Shown: positions 1 to 10,679 of the stretch, one piece after another | How the letters are laid out: the number at the start of each line of letters is the position of its first letter | Position numbering within the stretch: the stretch's first letter is position 1 | Source of the DNA: Octopus sinensis | Lineage: Eukaryota | Assembly: GCF_006345805.1 (NCBI RefSeq) | Contig: NC_042997.1 | Coordinates: 201,624,001-201,688,000 of the forward strand | Direction of reading: 5' to 3' | DNA: 64,000 bases | Translations under genes and position numbers: made by a program | The notes under the pieces: generated by a model | Seen by the model: only the letters and a program-made list of their open reading frames with translations | Databases searched by the model: none | Told to the model about the DNA's origin: nothing

Positions 1-333
1 CGCGATATGGTGATTTCATATCAAGATAAACAGCACATGACCTTGCAGGTGGGGCCCAGTTAGAATTTTCTTCAGGTTGAGTAGCCCATCCCGCTCAAAC
101 GGTCCCTGAATAAGGGTTGTTTAAGGATGTTGAAAGAACCACCCATGTTTCCAGAGGTGAATTATTCAAACCCCAAAGAATCCCTCTCAACATATGGCTA
201 TGATGCTCCCCCACTACTTCTGCTCGTGATCAGAGATGCACATATCGTCAGCCACTAAGGGGCATGCTCAACTGGTTAAGGTCAAACAACTGACAAGCAA
301 ATCTGTGGTATTGAGCAGAATATTTGCTGTAGC
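1..333 (-). mobile_element. Partial copy of a ~550-bp non-coding retroposon associated with (AAT)n ('AAT-element')
   Basis: Reverse complement of part of 9275-9831 and same orientation as 53732-54272; truncated by the window start. Confidence 0.8.
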
Positions 334-463
334 AATAGAATTTTCTCAATAAAGCCAAGAGAAAAAGATGTTTTATAAACATATTCTACCAGTATACGAA
401 GTTTAAAATTTTTTAGTTACCTAGAAATTATGTTAAAAACTGCTGTTCAAACCGAAAAGATCC
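334..463 (-). mobile_element. Fragment (one end) of the TIR MITE seen in full at 22472-22885
   Basis: Matches the reverse complement of 22472-22600 and ends in the TIR AAAAACTGCTGTTCAAACCGAAAAGATCC. Confidence 0.8.
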
Positions 464-1730
464 AAATATTCCGTTAAACATTCATGGTGTTGTTCAGTTA
501 CAACCAGCCTAAGAAATATATTTTTATTTCTCAGCTCAACCAGTCGCTACAACACCCAAGCAACAAACCTTTTTTGTGGCATCGGATGAATTTAACGCTG
601 TGAAACTCTTTCAAAGATAGTATTATGATTTGTTTAATCCTTTTATGAAAATTACGAAAGAGAAAGAAAAAGATTGATAATGATGAGTAATAATTTCTAC
701 GTAAGGGTCCCATTAGGACATAAAATGCACTTCAAAGATTTCCCAAGAGTAAAAACTTTGGGAAATGCTGAGTTAGTTGCAATAGGGGCCAGAAAATATG
801 CCTTGGGGTATTTATATACGTCCCACTACATTCGGTTGGGCTGTACTGTGTCTCATTTAATCGGCTACAAATTTCCTTGTAAATGTGTTGTGCCATTATA
901 CGGATGTTAGAAATCAATAAATGGACGTTTACGAGGGACTGTTTGCCTTTTATTCCTTACAAAGCATCAAGTTTGAGTGATTAGCAAAACAATAAAGGGC
1001 AAATACAAGGGAGGCAACTCTTCAATGGCATACGGAGACTAATTTCTGGTTTCCTTGTTATAAATCTTTCATTCATAAATAAATCGATATTGTGTTGGTG
1101 AATCTTGTCATAAATAATTCACATGATATTTCTATAGACATGTATTTATTTCTCTATTAAGCCTTAGTTTATTTATCTCTATTTGTATAAGGTAAATTAG
1201 CTTGCAGTCTCCAAGCTGAATTCATCTCACCAAGTACCAAAAAGAAAGCGGATGTCATTTCCCATGTCAGCAGGACTTAATCACTCATCGTTGAATAAAC
1301 CGCTCACTTTATCACACTTGCGTGAGATAAGTGATGTATCATCGATTGGTTGACTCACAAAGCTCAATAAAGTGAGTAAACCATATAACAATGGCAACAA
1401 AAGCACCATGGAAAACCATGATGTGTCAAGATGGGTTTCAATGAGAGCAGCAGGTATTATTCATCGTCTTAAATAATAAGAGATGTTTGCCTCCGTATAA
1501 GAAAATCAAACCGTTCACATTTATGTTCAGTGCGTTATATTCTAATACTTAATTCGCAGCGGTTATATATATATATATATATATATATATAGATCAATAA
1601 ATGGTGGGGTTGTGTTGACCGCACGTGGAGAAATGATAAGTAAGGAAAAATTTTTTTAAAAATGCAGAATGCTCAAATGAAAGAAAATTTTAATAAAATG
1701 AGAAAATGATAAAATATATAAATATATATT

Positions 1731-1771
1731 TATTCAACCGGTTTTCGTCATTGTATGACTTGTCAAGAATA
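1731..1771 (-). ncRNA. Minimal type I hammerhead ribozyme motif, U3-A8 core variant
   Basis: Minus strand TATTC-TTGACAA-GTCAT/ACA/ATGAC-GAAA(A)-CCGG-TT-GAATA. Stem I 5 bp, stem II 5 bp, palindromic helix III ACCGGT, one extra A in the GAAA run. Confidence 0.6.
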
Positions 1772-1994
1772 TTTATGTTTTAGAAGTTATTTTAAAAATT
1801 AGAAAGGGGAAAAAAAGAAAATTGCATTGTTTTTTGTAAAAGAATAATGATAAAAATGTACAAAAATTAAAAAATAAGTTCTCCGATACATTGTGAGTTC
1901 GTTGTGTATCTTGAGTTTTATGGTTGTTTACCAAAAAATTACCTTGAGGTGTTAAGATCCAAAGGGATTAAGAGCATGTGATGTGTTGTGTTGT

Positions 1995-2003
1995 TAAATT
2001 CAG

Positions 2004-2059
<56 letters not shown>

Positions 2060-2075
2060 TAGATAGATAGATGGG

Positions 2076-2117
<42 letters not shown>

Positions 2118-2230
2118 CATACATACATACATACATACATACATACATACATACATACATACAGTCATGCATACACATGTACCTTATATATATATATATG
2201 GTGATGGTAGTGGTGGTGGTGGTGGCGGTG
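1995..2230. repeat. Compound microsatellite (TAGA)n-(TACA)n-(TA)n-(GGT)n
   Basis: Direct reading. Confidence 0.95.
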
Positions 2231-2420
2231 GAGGTATGTGTGCGTATGTTTGTATCCTTTTCCGTTCGCAAGAGAACCTTTGTCTTCTAATATCAATTTG
2301 TACATACATACATACGTACGTACGTACACACACACATACAAAGTGGTACTCCAGCATGGCTGAGTCAAATGACTGAAACAAGTAAAAGAATTAAGAATGA
2401 AAGAATATATATATATATAT

Positions 2421-2738
2421 TCTTTTATTCTTTTATTTGTTTCAGTCATTTGACTGCGGGCATGCTGAAGCACCGCCTTTAGTCGAGCAAATCAACCCCA
2501 GCGTTTAATCTTTGTAAGCCAAGTACTTATTCTATCGGTCTGTGTTATTGAACCGCTAAGTTACGGCGACGTAAACAAACCAGCATCGGTTGTCAAGCGA
2601 TGTTGGTGGGACAAACACAGACACACAAACATATACGCAGCTATATATATATATATATATACATATATACACACACACACACACACACGACGGGCTTCTT
2701 TTAGTTTCTGTCTAGCGAATCCACCCGCAAGGCTTTGG
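2421..2738 (-). mobile_element. SINE-2 family (tRNA head, CORE-like body, CAGTCAAATGACTGAAAC tail), 5'-truncated
   Basis: Reverse complement of the family seen at 28999-29322 and 63662-63990. A plus-strand tail fragment at 2338-2405 lies tail-to-tail with it. Confidence 0.85.
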
Positions 2739-3480
2739 ACGATGCTGTAACAAGACAACCACGTACGTAGAGGAAACGGTACACGAGCATAGGAGAGCGG
2801 GTAAATGGACATTGGAGGGAACTTAAGGAAGAGAAGAGCTCATCAGTTCTGTATCACCACGCCGAGCAGGAACACGGGGGCTCACTCAACAACATAGAAG
2901 TTAAAATCATGTCCACACATAGAACAGCTGCAACATTTAGACAAATTACAGAAGCTACACACATAATAGAAGATAAACCTAGCCTGAATAGGAAACTGGA
3001 ATGGAACACTAGAACACACACCCAACACCCCACAACATATGACAGAATAAGATCCGCATAAACTGATAAAAATATAAACAAAACGTAATAAAATACACAG
3101 ATAAACAAATGGAATTATATATATTCAAAATTTAAAATGAAAACAAAATTAATTAAATTAAATACAAATAAATAATAAGTAGGTATAAACACATGAACAA
3201 AATAAAAACAAATTACACGAACGTGTACAAACAGGGGATACAGATAATACAAGCATTTTCCCCCACAAACTTACTAAACATAGGCACACATGGGGGTATA
3301 CGCATGCGCAAATAAAGGCACATAACTAGGAATACAAAATACAAAATGGCTGATCGTTAGTAAGGAGAGACACACAAATAAGAAAGAAGAAAGCAAAGGA
3401 CCACTGATGGGGTCACTGAAGTGTGACGAAAGAACTCTGGCCGAAATAAGATTAACATTAATGTAAAAAATAAATAAAGC
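2739..3480 (+). mobile_element. Penelope-like element 3' remnant: GIY-YIG endonuclease C-terminal half plus pLTR-like tail
   Basis: Translates, with one frameshift near 2780, as CCNKTTTYVEET/RSIGERVNGHWREL...HAEQEH...FRQITEATHIIEDKPSLNRKLEW. This is the Y(V/I)GET.R...R..H and R.I.EA..I....P.LNRK pattern of PLE endonucleases; an HHR-like motif follows. Confidence 0.8.
3398..3442 (+). ncRNA. Degenerate type I hammerhead motif in a PLE tail
   Basis: GGACCA-CTGATGG-G-GTCAC/TGAAGT/GTGAC-GAAA-GAAC-TC-TGGCC; A9 is changed to G. Confidence 0.5.
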
Positions 3481-4014
3481 TGAAGCAAATTAACACCAAA
3501 TATATAGTGCGTGTGTTTTTTATTGCTAAACTGGCAACATGACCTTCCTAAATACAACAAACAATATCTGTTTCAACACACTATTTCACATCAAGAATCT
3601 TGCAAAACAATATATAAACTATATATATATATTATATATATATATATATATATAATATGTGGTGTGTGGTGTGTGTGTTTGTGTGTGTGTGTGTGTGTGG
3701 TGGATTGAATGTATATATATATTATATATATATATATATATATACAATTTAAAATAGGATAAATCTTTATAAGAAATTATCAGGTAGTTAGCGTGAAAAA
3801 CCTCACAAGGGAAAAATTTATAATATATTCCTTTAAGATATATTTAATATATTTATTTAATGCTCTTAATATAAATATAATGTATGTATGTATTTATGTA
3901 TATATGTATGTATGTATGTATGTATTTATATATGTATATTCGTATGTATGGATGTATGTATTCATAGACACACCAACACACACGCACACATATATATGAG
4001 TATAAGTGTTTGTG

Positions 4015-4205
4015 TGTGTGTGTGTGTTGGTGTGTTTACGTCACCATAACTTTGTGGGATCGTCAAGAGAGAAAGAGAGCGATAGATTAAGTATCAGGTT
4101 TTTAAAACATTAGTCCTGGGATCAGTTCGTTGGATTAAAACCCTTCGAGGTGGTACCCCAGCATGGCCGCGGTCTAGTGGCTGAAACAGGTGAAAGATAA
4201 AAGAT
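4015..4205 (+). mobile_element. SINE-2 3' fragment
   Basis: GGTGTGTTTACGTCACCATAACTT...CCAGCATGGCCGCGGTCTAGTGGCTGAAAC. Confidence 0.7.
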
Positions 4206-4299
4206 ATAACATTATTAGAGTGCGTAAAAATATTTAAAAAAGAAACGTTAATAGTATAAATTATTTCATTTACCTGGGTAGACAACAAGCAGGTTTGAT

Positions 4300-4945
4300 A
4301 TGGTGGTGGTTGTGGTGGTGGTGGCGGTACTTGTGGTGGTGGTGGTGGTAGTGGTGGTGGTAGTTGTTGTTGTGGTGGTGGTGGTGGTAGTTGTGGTGGT
4401 GGTGGTGGTGGTAGTTGTGGTGGTGGTGGTAGTGGTGGTTGTGGTGGTGGTGGTGGTGGTGGTGGTGGTGGTGGTATGTTGTTTGTTGTGGTGGTTTTTG
4501 GTGTAGTTTTGTGGGTGGTGGTGGTGGTGGTGGTGGTGGTGGTATTGGTGGTGGTGGTGGTGGTAGTGGTGGTGGTAGCGGTAGTGGTGGTGAAACTTGT
4601 GGTGGTGGTGGTGGTAGTTGTTGTTGTGGTGGTGGTGGTGGTAGTTGTTGTTGTGGTGGTGGTGGTGGTAGTTGTGGTGGTGGTGGTGGTGGTGGTATTG
4701 GTGGTGGTGGTGGTGGTGGTAGTTGTAGTGGTAGTGGTGGTGATAGTTATGGTGGTGGTGGTGATAGTTGTGGTGGTGGTGATGGTGGTGGTGATAGTTA
4801 TGGTGGTGGTAGTTGTGGTGGTAGTGGTAGTGGTGGTGATAGTTGTGGTGGTGGTAGTGGTAGTGGTGGCGATAGTTGTGGTGGTGATGGTGATAGTTGT
4901 GGTGGTGATAGTTGTGGTGGTGGTGGTGGTGGTGGTGGTGGTGGG
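4300..4945. repeat. Degenerate (GGT)n trinucleotide array with GTA/GTT/GAT variants
   Basis: Direct reading; source of the poly-T/V/G/W ORFs. Confidence 0.95.
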
Positions 4946-5377
4946 TAGAAGTAGAGATGATAATTTGTCATTATGAGTCAACAAAGCAATAACGCTCTGC
5001 TGGTCACCGTTTTCTCTATTTATTGCAAGTTATTAAGGTGAGTGAGGAAGGACTGAGTCAGTGAGGCAGGTGTGTTATCAATACCGACAATCGGCTGAAC
5101 AATCGGCATGAGGGATGGGACGAACTAGATTGAAGAATGACTCAAATTTCAACTGCTTGCTTTGCTAAAACCGCTTCCAGATAAAGAGTTCCCGTAATGT
5201 CCTGTAATGTTGTAATACTAATTTTTGCTGATAAGTAATTTATGAAATGATGTTATCAAGAGATTCCCGAATAACGCAAAATTAGGTTTCCTCTAAAATG
5301 GTTTGAAGTCTTCATCATCTTAATTGTTGTCGCCGACGGCAAATTTATTCATTAATCCCTCTTTTAACACTTGTTAT

Positions 5378-5979
5378 ACCTATTTCTTTACTACCCACAA
5401 GGGGCTAAACACAGAGAGGACAAACAAGGACAGACTAACGGATCAAGTCGATTACATCGACCCCAGTGCGTAACTGGTACTTAATTTATCGACCCCGAAA
5501 GGTAGAAAGGCAAAGTCGACCTCGGCGGAATTTGAACTCAGAACGTAGCGGCAGACGAAATAACTATTTCTTTACTGTCCACAAGGGGCTAAACACAGAG
5601 GGGGCAAACAAGGACAGACAAACGGATTAAGTCGATTATATCGATCCCAGTGCATAACTGGTACTTAATTTATCGACCCCGAAAGGATGAAAGGCAAAGT
5701 CGACCTCGGCGGAATTTGAACTCAGAACGTAGCGGTAGACGAAATACCTATTTCATTACTGTCCACAAGGGGCTAAACACAGAGGGGGCAAACAAGGACA
5801 GACAAACGGATTAAGTCGATTATATCGACCCCAGTGCGTAACTGGTACTTATTTAATCGACCCCGAAAGGATGAAAGGTAAAGTCGACCTCGGCTGAATT
5901 TGAACTCAGAACGTAGCGGCAGACGAAATACCGCTAAGCATTTCGCCCTGCGTGCTAACCTTTCTGCCAGCTCCCCGCA
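5378..5979 (-). mobile_element. SINE-1 (GGCGGCGAGCTGGCAGAA head) with three 184-bp tandem units and a 15-bp target-site duplication
   Basis: A-box TGGCAGAAAGG and B-box GAGTTCAAATTC on the minus strand. Unit boundaries at 5381/5565/5749; flanks AACACTTG(T/A)TATACC at 5366-5380 and 5989-6003. Confidence 0.9.
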
Positions 5980-5989
5980 TTTTGGTATA

Positions 5990-6405
5990 ACACTTGATAT
6001 ACCGCTCTATCTTCCAGCCAGTTTCTGACTTCGTCTTGTGTGATATTTGTTTCGCCCAGTGTTTGTTTTAGTAAACGATGAAATTCCCTTCCCTCAAGTC
6101 TCGTCTAGAATGGTTATTGTCAGTGCATTCCACGAAGCTGTTAAACTGACTTCTGCAGACCTGAAGTCGTAGTCTTTGACGTTACAGAATCTTCTTTGTC
6201 TCGGTGCTTCCTTCTTATGACCCCCTTCTTCTTCTTTCACCAACAGAACTTCGTCAAAATATATTCGTTCATATAATTTCTCACAGGCTATTTTACCACA
6301 ATCCGTTTCCTGGCGCATAGAGGGAACATTGGACAGCGAAAGCATGCATTTCATATTTACCATCGTTACTGATAAAACGGTCACCATCAGACTAAGTACA
6401 AGCAT
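5990..6405 (-). pseudogene. Degenerate coding-like segment, probably a transposon ORF remnant
   Basis: Non-repetitive 103-aa ORF 6094-6405. After a one-base shift it continues as RLEGREFHRLLKQTLGETNITQDEVRNWLEDRAVYQVL and is cut by the SINE-1 insertion. Family not recognised. Confidence 0.3.
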
Positions 6406-6543
6406 ACCTTGACCAAAATTAATTGTGAATTCTCAGGTGTCAATATCTTCTACTTATCCTTGGATTGAGCCATGCCTTGTGACTGGAATTTGGTCAATAG
6501 AATCTGAGACTGTGTCCATCGTTCTCGTACATACACTAACACA

Positions 6544-6577
<34 letters not shown>

Positions 6578-6642
6578 CATGAATGCATGCATGCATATAT
6601 ATATATATAATTGTTAGAGAGACTTAGTAATTTTTAATATTT

Positions 6643-6679
<37 letters not shown>

Positions 6680-6680
6680 C

Positions 6681-6875
6681 TTTATTCAAAAGCAGCAGAA
6701 ATTTCAACAAACCTGTTACTCTGAGTTTCACGTTCCCGTTCGTCGGACGGGAACGTGAAACTCAGAGTAACGGTTTTGTTGAATTTTCTGCTGCTTTTGA
6801 ATAAAGCCTGTTACTCTACCACTGGTATTTGAGTACTCTTTTTTCCACCTTGTTTCACATTTATGTGTTTACTCC

Positions 6876-6880
<5 letters not shown>
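6681..6880. mobile_element. PLE-type terminal fragment forming a fold-back (arms ~6681-6738 and ~6747-6805)
   Basis: TTTATTCAAAAGCAGCAGAAA...GTTCCCGT is mirrored by ACGGGAAC...CTGCTGCTTTTGAATAAA. Confidence 0.75.
6712..6751 (-). ncRNA. Type I hammerhead motif with U4C change
   Basis: Minus strand CCCGT-CCGACGA-ACG/GGAA/CGT-GAAA-CTCAGAG-TA-ACAGG. Confidence 0.55.
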
Positions 6881-6931
<51 letters not shown>

Positions 6932-7368
6932 TTCATATGTATGTATATATTAATAGTCTGTATCAGAGTGAGTGCGTATATACATGTATATATGCATGTA
7001 TAGGAGTGTACGTAGCTGAAACTCTCGGCCCTTGAGTCACTCTATTGCTTGTACTAGATATTAATACATACATACATACATACATACATACATACATACA
7101 TACACATTCATGTAGGTATATATTTGTTTGTATATGTGTATAAATGTGTAAGTATTTACATATGTGTGTAAATGTGTATGTGTTTATATATGTGTGTATG
7201 TACGTATACATGTGTGCATGCATGTATGTATGTATGTATGTTTGTAAACGTATGTATGCATGTATGTGTGTATGAATTTCGTGTTTGTTTTGCAGAGTTA
7301 ATCTTGGTGTGACGACGTTTCCTGTAACAGATATTGTTGTCCATTACGAGGGCCACTCTCCCAACAAA

Positions 7369-7466
<98 letters not shown>

Positions 7467-7796
7467 CCTGTTCTCGCTTCATTTTTATTATCAATTAACC
7501 AATCACTTAATTGACGGCAACACTGATTTGAACAACAATAACAGTTCGTATTTTAATGGCGGAATGACAGTAATGAAGCACACCGCTGTATATGATTACA
7601 TAGATATAGATGCATACACATGCACACACCTATGTACACACACACATCTACACACACGCACATGATATACATAAATACATATCTGTATGTATGTATATAT
7701 GGTACATATATATATGCTTGTTGTGTGTGCGTATATATCTATATATTATATATATATATATAATATATATATCTATATATATATATATATATAATA

Positions 7797-8174
7797 CACT
7801 ACCGTCAGAAATTAATTAGCACCCTGATTTGCTCTTCACTCAAGTATGTGCTGTCACCTAGTGGCCATATCCGAACTATTGCTTGTTGCGAGTTCACTGT
7901 TGCGCAGAACGATGACGTAACTTTGTTTGCAGAGCAGTTTGAGAGTCACACTACAGCCTTATGATGTTGACATAGCAGTGCAACAACAACTTGGAGTGCG
8001 GATGCAGACAATCTTCCTTTGTTTAATAGATATAGGTAGCCCTCGCAAGGGACCGAAACACACCATACTAAGTTTTCTCATCGCGTAAGACGTTTTGAAA
8101 CACTCATAGGTTAATTGATTTAACCTATTTAATGTAGAAATTTGAGAAGTGCTAATTAATTTCTGACGCAAGTG
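7797..8174. mobile_element. Tc1/mariner-type MITE
   Basis: ~26-bp TIRs CACT(AC/TG)CGTCAGAAATTAATTAGCAC, flanked by TA on both sides. Confidence 0.85.
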
Positions 8175-8184
8175 TATATATATA

Positions 8185-8405
8185 TAAAGTTATATATATG
8201 AAGTTATCCAAACATGAATACACAAAGAGAAAACACAACAACGCGAGGACGTGGAACAAATATAGTATTATTGGACGCTCAGGAAGGAAGGGAAGAAGGA
8301 GGGTTTTACGTTTCGAGCGGAGCTCTTCGTCAGAAACATAGGAGAACGAAAGATCCAGAGAAGGGAAGACAGAGGGAAAAAAATCGCCAACGGTACATAC
8401 GCCGT
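8185..8405 (-). mobile_element. PLE-type pLTR fragment carrying an intact hammerhead
   Basis: Contains the canonical HHR at 8303-8337; bounded by (TA)n and (CA)n. Confidence 0.7.
8303..8337 (-). ncRNA. Canonical minimal type I hammerhead ribozyme motif
   Basis: Minus strand GTTT-CTGACGA-A-GAGC/TCC/GCTC-GAAA-CG-TA-AAAC. Full core, extra A after A9, GUA cleavage triplet, palindromic ACGT helix III. Confidence 0.8.
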
Positions 8406-8511
8406 CACACACACACACATATATATATATATTTCTATTCTTTAACTTTTTCAATCATATGACTGCGGACATCTGGAGCACCGCTTTAAATATATGCATA
8501 AGCATATATAT

Positions 8512-8542
<31 letters not shown>

Positions 8543-8544
8543 TA

Positions 8545-8577
<33 letters not shown>

Positions 8578-8654
8578 GTGTGTGTGTGTGTTATATACAT
8601 ATACATACTGCAATACATACATACAAAAATACAACGCATACGTACACATACGGA

Positions 8655-9000
8655 TAATAATAATAAGAGAAGAAGAAAGAATAAAGAAGAAGAAGAAAAA
8701 ATAGAAGAAGAAAATGAAGAGAAAGAAGAAGAGAAAGAGAAAGAAGAAGAAGAAGAAGAAGGAGAAGGAGAAGAGAAGAAGAAGAAGAAGTAGAGAAAAA
8801 GAAGAAGAAGAAAGAAGAAGAAGAATAAAGCAGTGAAGAAGAAGAAGAAGAAAGAAGAAGAAGAAGAAAGAAGAAGAAGCAGAAGAAGAAAAAGAAGAAT
8901 AAAGAAGAAGAAGAAAAAGAAGAAGAAAAAAACAAAAAAAAGAAGAGAAGAAGAAGAAGAAGAAGAAGAAGAAGAAGAAGAAGAAGAATTGAGGAGGAGG
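8655..9000. repeat. (GAA)n-rich purine tract
   Basis: Direct reading. Confidence 0.95.
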
Positions 9001-9199
9001 AGGGGCGAAAAGGTTGCATATAATGAAAGGATGAAAATATATTTTTCGAAATATATAGAAAGTATATAAGGTGTTCATTAAGAAGAAAGGATGGGAAACA
9101 TACATTTACAAGTCAAAACAGGAAAGAAGCGGGGTTGGGGAGGGGGAGTATGATACAGGAGGACTAACGACAGCAACAATAACAAAAACAACAACAACA

Positions 9200-9246
<47 letters not shown>

Positions 9247-9274
9247 CATATAATAATAATAATAATAATATAAT

Positions 9275-9831
9275 AAATTCCCTGATGCAGTACCAGGCAG
9301 TGACTCTCATGGCTTCTGATCTTAACTGATTGGAAGTGTCACCGTGTACATTGTTTTGTTTTGGTATAAAAGATGGGCTAACAGCAAATATTCTACTCAA
9401 TACCACAGATTTGCTTGTCAGTTGTTTGACCTTAACCAGTTGAGCATGTCCCTTAGTGACTGACGATATGTGCATCTCTGATTATGAGCAGAAGTAGTGG
9501 GGGAGCATCATAACCATATGTTGAGAGGGATTCTTTGGGATTTGAATAATTCATCTCTGGAAACATGGATGGTTCGTTCAACATTCTTAAACAAACTTTA
9601 TTCAGGGACCTTTTGAGCGGGATGGGTTACTCGACCAGAAGAAAATTCTAACTGGGCCCCATCTGCAAGGTCATGCTCTGTTTATCTTGATATGAGATCA
9701 CTATGTCGCGCACACATGATTATGATGCATGTGTCTGGTGTACCCTTATCAGACGGGTAGTCATGATGGGTATAATGGGCTTCGTATATTTTACCCTAGT
9801 GTCAGTTTGATGGCATGCTCTGCTCTCTCAC
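9275..9831 (+). mobile_element. Full-length AAT-element (non-coding, no tRNA boxes seen), flanked by (AAT)n on both sides
   Basis: Starts AAATTCCCTGATGCAG after (AAT)n and ends CTGCTCTCTCAC before (AAT)n. Similar ends in the copy at 53732-54272. Confidence 0.8.
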
Positions 9832-9858
9832 ATAGTAATGATAATAATAATAATAATA

Positions 9859-10375
9859 AAAGATGGTATAGGCACGCACCAGAAAAGGTCACAGAAAACG
9901 AGAAAGCAACCATACTCTGGGATATGCCAATTCACACAGATAGAGAAATTAAGCCCAATAGGCCAGATATAGTCGTCAGAGATCATGAAGAAAAAAAAAT
10001 GTTTTCTGACTGATGTATCAATACCAGCAGATGACAACGTTTCTCTAAAAGAAATGGAGAAACTCTCAAAATACAAAGACCTGGAAATAGAGGTAAATCG
10101 AATGTTGAGTCTAAAAACAGAAACAATTCCTATCATAGTAGGTGCATTAGGCATGATAAAAAAATATTCAGAAAAATACATAACAAAAACACCAGGACTT
10201 ACAAATATATATAACATACAGAAAATTTCACTATTGGGCACTGCACACATCCTACGCAAAACACTTTCAATACAGTAACCATAAGAGCATTACAGCAAAC
10301 CACAGCACATACCCAAGGCACACAGAACTGCGCTCTGTAGTGAAGTGAAAGCACGCTATAAAAATAAAACTATTG
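9859..10375 (+). mobile_element. 5'-truncated R2-superfamily (R4/Dong/Hero-like) non-LTR element: restriction-like endonuclease C-terminus and 3' UTR (RLE family 1)
   Basis: ILWDMPIHTDREIKPNRPDIVVRD, then a frameshift in a poly-A run, then CFLTDVSIPADDNVSLKEMEKLSKYKDL...IPIIVGALG...LGTAHILRKTL*. This is the PD-(D/E)xK RLE motif; both ends abut (AAT)n. Confidence 0.9.
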
Positions 10376-10679
10376 AATAATGATGATGATGATAATAATA
10401 GTGAAGAACAGTAATTTAGTTACAATGACATGGTCCACGGCATTCGTCAGGGCAGTAAGATGGATGACTCAGAGATTATTGTTCTAAATGAGATAAGCAT
10501 GCAACTGATACGAGGTTTTATCTTCAAACCGCAGCATGCGTAAAAAAATACCGCTTGTTCACGTACGGCTGACGGTTTTATCTATTAATTAATTTATTTA
10601 TTATTAATTATCTTAGCGGATGAGTTTATTAATAGTTTCTAGACTCTCTTTGGCTGGGCAGGAAGATATGATTAATGAA

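Noticed and set aside
4439-4948. Gly/Ser/Cys-rich ORF resembling loricrin or keratin-associated proteins
   Set aside because: It is one frame of a degenerate (GGT)n array; all frames are open and there is no credible start or splice context.
5381-5930. Regularly spaced repeats as a CRISPR-like array
   Set aside because: Whole 184-bp units are repeated with no unique spacers; eukaryotic SINE multimer.
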